From positions 740,053 to 804,052 of the forward strand of contig NMRA01000150.1 of the NCBI GenBank assembly GCA_002633005.1: a stretch of 64,000 bases of DNA, in the 5' to 3' direction. Made by a program: the position numbers and the translations under genes. Each line of letters opens with the position of its first letter. Positions within the stretch are counted from its first letter, which is position 1. Origin of the DNA: Phoronis australis. Lineage: Eukaryota > Animalia > Phoronida. Positions 52,251 to 64,000 of this stretch are shown here, piece after piece. Under the pieces are notes generated by a model. It was given only the letters and a program-made list of their open reading frames with translations, had not been told where the DNA came from and ran no database searches.

Positions 52251-53237
52251 GTAAATTTCATGTCACATTACAGCGTTCTGTCGATCAGTAACTTTTCCAG
52301 ACCTGAGGGGTGCTGATCGTGCGATAACATCTGGCTCTTTTGTTAGCTGCCCAGCACAGTCTTTTGTCCCACATGATAACAAGCAGGCCAATTATCTTCA
52401 AAGGAAAGGTATGGTGGTTGCAGGCTATTACCGAAGGCATATTCACAACACAGTCAAACCCAGGGCGTTGGCAATCCGTTTGGACAGAATAGATTGTCTT
52501 AAATTCTGTTGTAGTTGGACGATTTTGGTGTTTTAAAAACGGAACATAATCAGCATTTGATGAGGAATTCAGAAATGCTATAATATGTAATAATTTAACT
52601 TTCATTTTTATCAGCCCAGCCCAGTCAGGCTAGATACGATCTGATCGGAGATTAGAGCAATTATCGAACAAAAGAGCGCAGGCCCCCCAACTATAAATGC
52701 CAGAATGGAGTTAATCAGTCGTGTAAGATATTGGCTGCAGGGTAAACTTCTCAACTTGTTCTTGGGCTAGTTGGAAGCAATGGGATGTCGCTGTCATGAG
52801 TATCGTCGTTACTTTTTTTCAAATGTTATGAATTATGTTCAGGGAATTTTAGAGAATGTGAGAAAAAATGTGAACATGGTAGCAACATAGTGAGAAGGGT
52901 CTTTTCCTTTTTGTTGATAACTTCTGTTATTAAAGACAATGTAACTTACCAAAAAAGTTGCGAGAAATGGCACCGTTTTCATACCATATACAATCAAAGG
53001 TCTAGAGGGAAGTTTGCATGTAAAATGTCCGAACAGAACTTATAGCCTTTTGAATAGTGCTGAAATATATCTTAAAATATCGGCAATGAATTTTTTGTCA
53101 GTGTTACTCAGAGAAGGAATTTTTATCCCGTAAACTTCTCAAATATGGCAAATGTTGACAAAGGGATGCGGGCATGTTTTTCAATCTTTTTTAATGCCAC
53201 CACGTTCAAAAAATAACAAAAGACCTACACAGTGAGA

Positions 53238-53410
53238 GCACTTAGTGAATGGCCATTGACATCATCCAGTGACACTTAGTGAATGGCCATTGACATCATC
53301 CAGTGACAGCACTTAGTGAATGGCCATTGACATCATCCAGTGGCACTTAGTGAATGGCCATTGACATCATCCAGTGACACTTAGTGAATGGCCATTGACA
53401 TCATCCATTG
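53238..53410. repeat. Minisatellite, 32-35 bp unit, ~5 copies
   Basis: CACTTAGTGAATGGCCATTGACATCATCCAGTG repeated. Confidence 0.93.
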
Positions 53411-53837
53411 AATAGCCATTGATAATCTCCATGTATAAGAATAAGGTAACAATGACATTTTGAGTATTTACAAGCTCCATGTTCTCACATTGATCAATTT
53501 TTGTAATGTCTGTTGCATTGATAACGTTTAATTGTTCTTGCAGTTTTGGCAACTAGTTGTTTTTGTTTTTGTACCCTTCACATCAAAAAGAAATTAAGTG
53601 TTACATCTTTCAAAGTCACAAATAGTGAGCCACCTTCAAATTCCAAATTTGTCTTACTTCAAAAATTTGGTAATATTAGTTTTCATCAAGAAGAGGCTGC
53701 ACTTACCCATTTTTGGACTGTTCCGCATACTTTGTCCCCTTGTTATCATTAGCTCCATTTTCAGTTTTTGGTATCCCCCTCTTGTATAAGCAAAGCCCTT
53801 TGACTAGTCATGGCAAATGAGTTTCTCATCAGGAGAG

Positions 53838-54022
53838 TGTGCCTGATGCTAATTATTAGATGCATACAACTGCCGTAGTGCCTCCTGGTGCTAATTATTA
53901 GATGCATACAACTACCGTAGTGCCTCCTGGTGCTAATTATTAGATGCATACAACTACCGTAGTGCCTCCTGGTGCTAATTATTAGATGCATACAACTGCT
54001 GTAGCGCCTCCTGGTGCTAATT
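53838..54022. repeat. Minisatellite, 42-bp unit, ~4.4 copies
   Basis: GTGCCTCCTGGTGCTAATTATTAGATGCATACAACTACCGTA repeated. Confidence 0.93.
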
Positions 54023-54321
54023 CTAGTTTTACATCAGTTGAGAACTTGTTTGGTCACTGATGTTTGTGACGGTCAAGTGAGTTATATTTAATAGTGAAGG
54101 GTGTGACCACTACTGGACCATGGTTCTGTTATTACCTGCCCTTACCTTATGTATCCTCTCAATGACGTGTACGCAGGTTTGACTTTCTGTAAAAAGTCTG
54201 TTCACCTGAATCACACCTCATACATTTCAGCTGGCAAGCCCAGTATCCACTAAGTCAAAGATGTTTTGCCATTAAGAATTCTCCACTGAGCACTAAACCA
54301 TGACCTTGTTTTGTTATTAAG

Positions 54322-54391
54322 GTGTTTGCTAAAACTATCAAAGGTTATGGAGAAGGTAGCAAGATTATCACTGGAGTTACCGCTGAAGGAA
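54322..54391 (+). CDS. Receptor exon: FN3 C-terminal end
   Basis: attaag acceptor; VFAKTIKGYGEGSKIITGVTAEG; A|gtaagt donor, phase 0-1. Confidence 0.88.
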
Positions 54392-54879
54392 GTAAGTCTG
54401 TTATACAGTTATAGCGTGGGGTTTGTTGTGGAAGACTTGTATGATTGAAGTAAGTCTGTTACACAGTTATAGCGTGGGGTTTGTTGTGTAAGTTTAGAAC
54501 ACTCTAATGCTTTGCCAGTAAATCTCAGAGTGTAATGGTGCTAGCATATGCTTGCTAAAGGCCGACCAATGAAAGTGAAGGTAAGCCAGAATGTGTTAAA
54601 AAATGGTACGCAAATATCTGAAATACAGATTATATACATCTCTAGCTAGAAGTGTATAGGGAGTGGCTTTTAATAGCTACTTGGTTTATAATGCTTAGAG
54701 TAAATTGTACAAGTGATTTTAAACATGACTTAAGATGTTCAAAATGTACCATACTTCCAAACAGGTTACTCTTTGGCATCTACATAGGCTGTTAAATATC
54801 TATTTGTTTCCCAAGCTGCATGTATTTTTATGATAGTGTTCTTTGTAAAAATGTGAATTTGAATTTGTAATTATGTTAG

Positions 54880-54986
54880 AGCCAGAGAAGCCGGTTGACG
54901 TCCAGAACATCACTAGGTCTGACACGTCCTTGGGTTTCCAATGGAAGGAGCCAGTGAACACAAGGGGCGAAATAAGTGGATACAAG
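54880..54986 (+). CDS. Receptor exon: FN3, first half
   Basis: tgttag acceptor; PEKPVDVQ..SDTSLGFQWKEPVNTRGEISGYK; gtatga donor, phase 1-0. Confidence 0.9.
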
Positions 54987-55355
54987 GTATGATATTTGCA
55001 TGGTTGTCAACCATCAGAGTACATATCACAGCGACGTTGAAATTTGATGAGCAGATCGCTAGATGGCGGTAGAGTATTTTGCGTGCAATGGTAAAACACC
55101 ACCTACAGTTCATATTCCACTTGGATGGAGATTTTGAAGCAGAGGAATTTCATCACTTAAAAAATTGCTATTTAAATGGTATCTTGGTCACCTGAATTTG
55201 AAATTAGGTAATTTAAATGAAGTCGGTCGCATGTTTTTAAGACTTTGAGAGCACAGTTAAATACAAATCAACTTTTAATGGTGTTATATTTAGAATATTC
55301 CCTATTAGCGTTCATAACAGCAGTGTCAGTGACAGTAATGGTGTCATGTTTTTAG

Positions 55356-55557
55356 ATATCCTGTCGGTTTAAACAGTCTCTCCTAGCAACAGATGGCACT
55401 TCAGTCAGTAAACAGTTGGGTGTATCGTTGGTGGGTACCATTAAAGGTCTCCTTAAGGCGTCACTCTACGAATGCACAGTGACTGGCAGGACTTCTGCGG
55501 GATATGGTGATCCCAGTGATGCTTTGTTGGTGTGGACAGCGCCACCTAGAGCCAGTG
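55356..55557 (+). CDS. Receptor exon: FN3, second half
   Basis: tttttag acceptor; ISCRF..TIKGLLKASLYECTVTGRTSAGYGDPS..WTAP; G|gtaaac donor, phase 0-1. Confidence 0.9.
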
Positions 55558-55907
55558 GTAAACTTTACTTAGTGTGTCACTTCTTTCAATACTTTAGGGA
55601 ATATCTATGTAAACATTGTGAGTGAGAAGATGTGTTTTACAGGGAACAAAGTCGTCTTGAAATTGCAAATTGTGGAAAACTAATACCAGCTCTACCAACT
55701 CTGCAGGTGCACTCATAAATATTAGTTGCTTTGCTGGAAAACATGACTAAGGGACATGATTAACTGACTTCACCGACTCTCAAACACGGTCCTCAGACCA
55801 CCATACAGGGCTCACTGACTGCCCTACATGTTACCTGGACATGAAATTTTTTAAGTACATCAATCGTGTTTTGGGAGTCTGGCATTATGCTTGGTAGTCA
55901 GTATGCT

Positions 55908-56006
55908 GCAGTTGGTGAGCTGTGTTTGGCAGTGGGTGAGCTGTGTTTGGCAGTTGGTGAGCTGTCTGACAGTTGGTGAGCTGTTTGACAGTTGGTGAGC
56001 TGTGTT
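55908..56006. repeat. Minisatellite, 19-21 bp unit, ~5 copies
   Basis: CAGTTGGTGAGCTGTGTTTGG variants. Confidence 0.85.
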
Positions 56007-56138
56007 TATCGAGTCTGAAATCCGTAGTTAAAGGAGAAGAATCTAGGGTCATAAATGTGGCAGTCTGAACCTATCCTAATAGCTTGAATTTAGAATTTTT
56101 CTTTGATTACACGTGACCTTTGGTTGTTTGTTTTGCAG

Positions 56139-56253
56139 ATTTAACTGAACTCCTTAAACTACCGCGTGTCAAAACACTGGAGACGGAAGCTACTGATACC
56201 ACGGTAACAGTGAAGTTGTTGCCAGCGGCAGCACCACCTTCTCTTACTCCAAG
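56139..56253 (+). CDS. Receptor exon: start of the membrane-proximal domain
   Basis: ttttgcag acceptor; LKLPRV..EATDTTVTVKLLPA..; AG|gtaaac donor, phase 1-2, matching the next exon. Confidence 0.85.
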
Positions 56254-56667
56254 GTAAACCTAGTGTAGAGTCTACTGTGTCTGGCATGCGCTCATTTCAC
56301 ATTATCATACATTATCATACATTATCATACATTATCTGTGGTATTCATAGTGGTGTACTTAATTTGACTAAAAAAGGGGGTGCTTCAAGTCGTGTATGTG
56401 AGAACATTTATGAAACACCAAAATTAAGCGGTGTACTTTCAGTTGAATATGTCACACAGGTACGGTAAGTATTTAAATTATGCAATCCTTTGAAGTTTAC
56501 TCATATTATGATTTCTGCAAGGAAAATGGAAAGTAATCTTTGTATCTGTGTTTGCAGGACAGTTAACTGGAATTAAATTTGAAATTTTCAAGCTGATTGG
56601 TTAATTACTGTGTCTTTCTAAATACCATTTAGATATTGTAAAATAAATGGTCGACAATGGTAGTTTA

Positions 56668-59010
56668 CCGTAAACGTTCGGGTTAACGCCCATGTACAGT
56701 TAACCGCCCACCCCCTACTTTAGGTGGATTTTCGATTTAACCACCCACTGCTCGGTTAAGCACCCCCCTGCGATTTTTTAAGATTTCCAGTTAAGCGCCC
56801 ACCTCTCGGTTAAGCGCCCATACCCGACTTTTAAAGAATGAAGATTTAGCGCCCAGTGCTAAGGAAACGCGCGATTCCCCGACTTTTAGAAAAAGATCGA
56901 TGATCACAATGAGTGCAACGACGCCGGGCTTCCGAAACGGTGGTTTAGCAATTTGAATTACCATTCAAGTAAAGAGTTATTGCCTTGGGTCATGGACTCA
57001 CTTCAAAATATAATACTTGAACGTTTTTGTCACTTTATTTTCTTCCCATGTTTGCAAAGTTTAAAAACGCCGCTGGTGTCAAAACCTCCGCTTTCAGCGA
57101 CTTCGTCTTCCGCGCTGAGTTTCCATCTGCAGTGCACTAGATAAAACATATATTCGAAAAAATCAGGCCAGAGAAATGTGACAGTGGTTTTGCCAACCCT
57201 CCAAATTCTATTAAGCTCTCGTATTTTGAACAAATCTCACAACTCACGGAAAGATGTCAAATTCTCAATATTTTGATGAATGTAAGAGCCGGGTTACATA
57301 GGATGTGTGGCGACCTAAGGGACAGTACAAGTGCCTTACTGGGTTACCAATTTCGTTGCTGCCTATCAATTTCTGAATTCAAAGGTTGGTAATAATGTAC
57401 GTTTGTGTATGATCTTGAGGTAATAAAAAACTGTTAGTCAAATTTTGTTTTTCGCTTATTGCATCTCAGTCAAACTGGCGTTAGCAGATTTAACTAATGT
57501 CGCTGGCTGTTCTTTACTATTTCTTGCGTCAGCCCCCACGTATAAGCGTGACTGTGTGAATTATCGTTTCCACATCCTCTTTTTTGCCATCCAGAATAAT
57601 TTTGTTTATACATTGGCCAGTTTCAGCCTGAACAAAAATTCTTACCATTCGAGTCTGAAATATCTACGATGTAGACTGACTGAAAATTGGCGATAGTGGG
57701 TAGAAGATGCAAGCAACTAGCTATGGGCTTCGGCTTAGGGAGCATCGAGCTGGGAAATATAGGAATAGACTTGACATCGCAGTTTTGCGGAACATTGGCA
57801 ATGGAGGAACATCATAAAGAACTGGGTCTTTTGTAACAACAGCTTAAAAGTACAGTCATGCCTGTTTTTATTACTTAGGACTGTCGCTATTCTCTTTGGT
57901 GACTTTGTAGTGGTGCACGTGCGCAAGTTCCCACACTTTGGAGTGCATGTTACCTTGACACCAACGTGATTGACAGGTGACTCACACGTATGCCCTACGT
58001 GTGTGCTGAATACCGCCGCTATCTTTGGCCATAAAAAACAGATGCATATCGAAAGAGGCCATTATATTACTTGACTGCATTTCCAAGTCACGATTGTCAG
58101 CCAACTGAGACATTGCACACTAACAGCGGGACCGAACAGTGCCACAGTGCGATATTGCAAGTGATATAAATAGGATAGTCTGGACATCTTGCATGAAAAA
58201 TAAATGTTTTTCCATCACGAAGTTTGGCAAGGTGATCGTTTAAGAATGAATTGAAACATGGCTGTTTTGTGGCGTTTTATCACATATTTGTCTTACGCCT
58301 ACTTCTTTGCCAAGCATGTTTGGCGCAACGGCAAGTGAGCAATGCCGGGCGGTCGAGATAAAACAGCTAGCCGCAGAACCATACGCTGAAATGTCGTCTA
58401 TAAACATCCCAAACACAAAAAACATCTGAATTAACTTTTTCAAACTTTTATTACAACTGATTTTAAAACTGCTCTCTGACTATGAACTTGTCAGCTAGTA
58501 CGAGACTAACCATAAATTTGATGTCTGCTGAGTCGACCTCTGCAACACGTGAAGCTTGCACGCGCGCACTTTAGCAAGGTCACATCTTGAAATAGTTGCA
58601 ATCCAAGTAGGGGCTGCGTGGTCAGTGGTTGTCTGCACTCTGCAGGGCAAAGTAACAAGACCGCAGGACGGCACGGGCCTAGTACTCAGCAATTCTGTAA
58701 ATTTAATAGTGAATAACTAATCTGAGGGCAAGAGAATCTTTGTTGGGATCATCCGCTGTTATGACATTTTTCCCCGTCATGTGACGATAACGCTCTTTGT
58801 AAAGGGCTACGCGTTCCGAGTGCATATATGGTGTGGGGACTTAGATCATGAGGTAAGATTAACCGCCCAGGGCTGTTGCCTGCCATAATGATAAGCGCCC
58901 ATGATCGGTTAATTCCCACCCTGGATTTCTTGAAATTTCACATTTAAGCACCCCCGATTTTTTGGGTTTACCAATTTAACCGCCCAGGGCGTTAACCCGA
59001 ACGTTTACGC
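56668..59010. mobile_element. Non-autonomous Tc2/pogo-like (Tc1/mariner superfamily) element
   Basis: TA TSD; 24-bp TIR CCGTAAACGTTCGGGTTAACGCCC / GGGCGTTAACCCGAACGTTTACGC; subterminal TTAA(G/C)CGCCCA repeats at both ends; no transposase ORF. Confidence 0.85.
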
Positions 59011-59026
59011 TAATATAACAACGACT

Positions 59027-59468
59027 TCAGTGTGGGCTGGTACATGTATATTGGTCTCAGTGTGGTCTGGTACATGTACATCGGTCTCAGTGTGGACTGG
59101 TAAATGTACATTGGTCTCAATGTGGACTGGTACACGTACATTGATCTCAGTGTGGATTGGTACATGTACATTGGTCTCAGTGTGGACTGGTACATGTACA
59201 TTGGTCTCAGTGTGGACTGGTGCATGTACATTGGTCTCAGTGTGGACTGGTACAATGTACATTGGTCTCAGTGTGGATTGGTACATGTACATTGGTCTCA
59301 GTGTGGACTGGTACAATGTACATTGGTCTCAGTGTGGTTTGGTACATGTACATTGGTCTCAGTGTGGACTGGTACATGTACATTGGTCTCAGTGTGGACT
59401 GGTACTTGTACATTGGTCTCAGTGTGGACTGGTACATGTACATTGGTCTCGGTGTGGACCGGTACATG
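59027..59468. repeat. Minisatellite, 30(31)-bp unit, ~15 copies
   Basis: TCAGTGTGGACTGGTACATGTACATTGGTC repeated. Confidence 0.96.
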
Positions 59469-59658
59469 TTTTAGTTTTAGTGTTGGCTGGTGTATGCACC
59501 TATGTAAGTTGACACTTGTGAGAACCTCGGCATAATCATGTGACCTTGATCAAAACTTTGGAGCCAACATCATGCAATCCAATTAGTTTTTATGACTCTC
59601 ATATCAGTTGCTTTCTTAGAAGGAATAAATTTTAATGGTCATACTTTTGATGTTTCAG

Positions 59659-59938
59659 TCACTATATCCTCGTAGTAGAAACAAAGTCTGTCAGAAGAAA
59701 ACGAGACACCAGTCCTTGTCGCTCTCAAGTGAACCCAGCTCTTGTTACTTATGCAGACTCTCAATCACAGGGATTATCTTGTTACGTAGCCGCTTTATTA
59801 AACCCCAGTGAGGTATCCTCAGATGGAACCAAGTTTGTCATTGGTGATGGTAAAACATACAATGGGTATGTGAACAGACCACTGGAGAAAGGTGAAAGTT
59901 ACGATGTCTACTATGGAGCAACAGTGAATGTGGACGGG
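59659..59938 (+). CDS. Receptor exon: RPTP-type membrane-proximal domain with furin site
   Basis: tgtttcag acceptor, phase 2 start; HYILVVE..RRKR..CYVAALL..FVIGDGKTYNGYVNRPLEKGESYDVY, as in LAR/PTPRJ-type juxtamembrane domains. Confidence 0.9.
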
Positions 59939-62341
59939 GTGTGTGCTTGGATTGTTACTTAATTATTTCTCAATTACTTAAAGGGATTTTGGTGAAAGTT
60001 CACTCAGAGGTATATGGTGGGGATACGCTCGCACCTCATGGACAGTTACTATGGAAGCATGCCATTGACCATTTTAGTTTTGAAAAAGATGTTTCTCAGT
60101 GTTGACTGTGGACAAAGCAGCTTTTCAGAGTTTGAACAAACTTAACACAAAAGTACTATGAATGTAGGCCTGTATACGAGATGCACTTACTACTTTGACA
60201 TTATTGCTCTGCTTGTACTGCATTGGTCAGTTTCATTCCTTTCTTAGATTGGTGGCCATTCACCAGCTATTTGACTTGTTCTCAAGGTGTTTGTATTAGT
60301 TCTNCATCCTACGGCCAGGTGTTAGGGGAATCTTTATTTACATTTACATTACTCGAATAATGATTGTCAATGTACAACTTCTGCCCTGACGGTGCTGTGA
60401 CCAAAGCGGAACCTGAATTCGCGGCCCCCGACGAGTAAGTAGATTTGCAGTCTCGTGGCTAATTCACCATAATAATCAGGTGCACATTACTTTGGCTCAC
60501 TAGTATAGCATTTTCTTGACTGGAAGTTTAGTTTCCACTGAACTTTGGCTGGTTTATGTTCGTGATGTCTGATCAGTTTCTGAGCCACTGGCCAGGATAA
60601 CGAGTCAATCCGGCCGGCCGCGACAGGCCTGATCGGGCTCCGAGCCATGGGCCAGGTGAACAAGCGTTTTGTGTTTAGAACTCAAAAAATCACAAGTCTA
60701 AACAACACTGATATAGGTTCTTCTGTCTGTATCTCACGGAAAATACTTCGAAATTATCTCTGAACAGACCCCAAACTCCTGCTATGGACCTTATTGGCCT
60801 GCCAAACTTTGTAGGCTACGGTGTGTCCAAATATCAATAAATCCATAAGAGCGAAATAAAACAACACGTTTTTATAAGAACTCTGTGTATTTTTAAGGGT
60901 TTTGCATCGAAGTTTGATGATTTTTTGGTGTTAAACAATGACTTCAAGCGATAAGCTGACACCAGTAACCCATGTTGTGAACTGCTGATCAGACTGCGTG
61001 TGAAACCGATGACATCATTGGATAATTTCAACACCTCCGTCTGCCGTCAGATGTCCGGTAACGCAATCGTATGTGTCGTTATGGAGTAGAACTACTCGAT
61101 CTAAATTGATACAAATTAGGTTGTTTTTTGGGTGGCATGCTCCTTTAAATAATGCTGCATGGAATAGTTTATACCTTCATGGCAATTTTGAAAGAGGGGC
61201 ATATTCTGCTAGCCTTTCGCTAAAAGTGTTCTAAAACCTTGGTTTACCGACCTCTGATTTTCTGGATTATGCCAACATTAAAATTCAAATTTGCAACATT
61301 TTCATTTCCGCCATCATTATGCTATGGAAACAAGCAAAAATTGGCAACAATCCATACAAGCAACAAAGAATATGTCGTAGCATCACCTAGCCTTGGTGGA
61401 AAGCTGTATACTGTATTGGCTCTAATAAACGCCTCGGACGCTTAGAGAAATTCATTTCACGGGGAGGGGACGCTTATTGTAGCCTAAGGCAGTTGAAACC
61501 CAGTTTTCGAAACGGGTAATATCAGAAGCTAGGATTCATCAAATGTACACTCTGTGACGTATTTGTAGCCTATGACAGTCTTTCTACAAAACTGTGGTGC
61601 ATTGATATCAAACTCCGTTGTTAAATAACGATCATTTTTCAAAAAATTGTGCTGAAATCCCAGGGTGAAAACTTGCCGACTGATATGTCGCTGAATCATG
61701 AAGGAAGACTTGAATTCTTGAATAAAAATATAGTTTCGACTCGACAAATTACCTGAAATCCTCCTGATGTATTACAATTTTTAAGTTCATGCGGAGGTCA
61801 GATTAATTGCGATTAAGTCCAAATCTGCGCTACATCGTAACCCACAACATGAGAAAAATCTCAGGATGCTGAACACACATGTTGTTGTCACGTGACGTTT
61901 GTTTTGAAGTTCGTCTGCGTGTGAGAGTGAGTGAGCGATGACAGACCAACATTTTTTCTCCTTTTCAAATATTACACTCAAAACTACGTAACGCTCTCCA
62001 TAAAAAGTACGGTCATCTAGGCTAGATTGTAATCAGCTGATTGTATCTGCATGAGCGAAGCCAATTATCCTCGCTTGTGACTCAATGAATAGAGCAGCTA
62101 GGCAGGATCCCTTTGTTCGTGAGCTGAGCGCGACACAGCCAATTAACGGTGGATAAATATGGTCTAGTTGAATCGGTCAAACCCCACAGTTTTCCCTGAT
62201 CAGTGGGGTTTGACGTCATCTCGTTTTGTGGGAATGTTTATGACATGCAAGTGTATTGTTCTTTCAGTCCAGCAGTTTATAGACACTGGTGCTATTGATC
62301 TGTGGAACACCACCTGTTTACCAAGTGTATTGTTCTTTCAG

Positions 62342-62432
62342 CCAAACAGTTCACAGACGTTGGTGCCATTGGTGGGTCTGTTGGTTCTGTAGTGGTCATT
62401 CTGGTTGTGGTCATTGTGGTCATCATTGTTAT
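62342..62432 (+). CDS. Receptor exon: transmembrane helix
   Basis: ctttcag acceptor; DVGAIGGSVGSVVVILVVVIVVIIVI; AT|gtaagt donor. Confidence 0.88.
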
Positions 62433-62734
62433 GTAAGTATCACTTATGAATTCTGGACCAGATAAAATCAGCCCTGAGCTTGGCAATTGTGTCTTGTGCA
62501 TAAAACTTATGTAAACGAAGGAGGTATTTCTAGCTGTATCATCATTGGCTACAGTGCTGTAGTGGGCAAAGCATTAATGGAATGTATGTCAGGTAGTCAC
62601 CCGGTGCATATGAGGGCAAACGTGGCGTGTAAAGTTGATTTTCACATCTTTGTAACTGGATTTGCAGTTGTTATCAAGACTGTGTTGTCAAAACATTTGA
62701 TATAATGCTGATTACAAAATGAATCTGTATTTAG

Positions 62735-62799
62735 ACGTCGTCAAAGACAAAACAGACCACGACGACATGCCAAGAAGAATGGCGCCACTGATGGATCAG
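62735..62799 (+). CDS. Receptor exon: basic cytoplasmic juxtamembrane segment
   Basis: atttag acceptor in phase 2, matching the TM exon; RRQRQNRPRRHAKKNGATDGS; G|gtaaaa donor. Confidence 0.8.
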
Positions 62800-63708
62800 G
62801 TAAAAGGTTTCTATATGTGAGCAGGGTGGAATGTTGATATTGAAAGCTTTAGGAACGATATCATACATTATACTACTTACCATTGTGAGAGCACGGAACT
62901 TTCCTTGCGGTCTGGTATAGTGTACCAGACGTGCACATGCTGCTGAGAAGGGCCCATTGCACTGATCATCTAGAACCATTTTTACGCTTTATTAATGTAG
63001 AGTTAAAAACTGAGCTGTGGAGCTAGAGACCTGACTCAAGGGGTCTAGCAGTGTGGCCTAGTGGGACTCAAGGGGTCTAGCAGTGTGGCCTAGTGGGACT
63101 CAAGCAGTCGATTTCATAAAGGTGGTTTAACAAAACCAGGTTTAAGACTTAACCCTGGTCTTCCTAAACCTGGTCTAATTTTAGACCTAACTTGCATTTC
63201 ACCAACATGGTTTAAGAGTCTGAAAGCCTGGTTTTGCTAGACCAGGGAACTGGTTCAGTAGAACCAGGTTTAAAGTAGTCAAAGGCACCCCACTGTGTCG
63301 AGGTGGGTAAACCCAACAAAGAAACGTGGGTATAGAATGGCATACACCAGTAGAATCAGTGCAGACATTTACGACAAAGGTCTAAAAGCTTTTCTCATGA
63401 GGAAAAATGTAATTTGTGTGCCCAACACACACTCATTAAAGAACATGCTCACCATTAGATGTAACATGATAAATGCCCAAATTTATTTCTGTGTCATTTT
63501 AGTTTTTATTTTTCGCGGCCAAAGGGGGGGGGCAAGACCCCTTCCCGGCAACATTTGGTTCGGAGAACAGTGGAGGTGGAACTCAGTCAGAAGAATCAGA
63601 AGATGCTGTCTTCAGTCAAATCCGTAGTGCTTACGACGATGACGCCCTGCTCGACCAGTCGTATTCTGAGGAATCCGCAGGACACACTCCAGCACGTACT
63701 GGTCTACG

Positions 63709-63866
63709 CATAGGCGGATCCAGGGGGGTCAAGGGGTCCGGAGCCCCCTTTTTCCCTTGATTTTAATGATGTCAAATCTATAATTTTCAAATTGTTGACT
63801 TGGTCCCCCCTTCCAAAAAGTCCTTGACCGTCCCCTCTCCTTTAAAAAATCCTGGATCCGCCCCTG
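63709..63866. mobile_element. Short hAT-like MITE
   Basis: CATAGGCGGATCCAGG / CCTGGATCCGCCCCTG, TIR match 14/16; TSD not clean. Confidence 0.55.
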
Positions 63867-64000
63867 TTACGTTTGATCTCGTGTCGTAGTAAACCTGAAT
63901 AATGAAAATAGTCCATTTTCGCTCTAAAACTGCGTCGTAATTGCACACCGCGGCATCGTTCAGTTGTACCTATACCATGCAAGTCTGACATATTTAACAG

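Noticed and set aside
59005-59535. Long repetitive ORFs in several frames and a CRISPR-like periodicity
   Set aside because: A 30-bp tandem minisatellite without spacers; the ORFs come from a stop-free unit; eukaryotic context with no cas genes
63104-63700. Harbinger-like left end or further receptor exons
   Set aside because: Contains CCAGG/CCTGG subterminal-like repeats, but no partner TIR or in-phase exon can be confirmed within the window

Overview
Eukaryotic genomic DNA, AT-rich, with GT-AG introns and a transposon spectrum typical of an aquatic invertebrate. There is one N-gap (10891-11152). The backbone is a single large multi-exon + strand gene that I assembled by hand from splice sites and reading phase. 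It encodes a type-I membrane receptor: F-type lectin x2 (from a recent ~8 kb intragenic tandem duplication), kringle, F-type lectin, an unnamed beta-type domain, about 4 FN3 repeats, an RPTP-type juxtamembrane domain with an RRKR furin site, a TM helix and a basic cytoplasmic start. The 5' end and the catalytic tail are not visible in the window. The two duplicated lectin modules are more diverged in exons than in flanking introns, and only the first keeps the canonical fucose-binding motif, which suggests a diversifying recognition receptor. The introns hold many mobile elements: three Kolobok-like elements, an ISL2EU (THAP + YqaJ exonuclease) with a nested RNase H LINE fragment, two Gypsy relics and a solo LTR, Tc2/pogo-like TIR elements, Helentron/DINE-like elements carrying arrays of CTCF-like motifs, a tRNA-SINE, Penelope fragments including a hammerhead-like core, and several minisatellites. 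All alignments and counts were made by eye.
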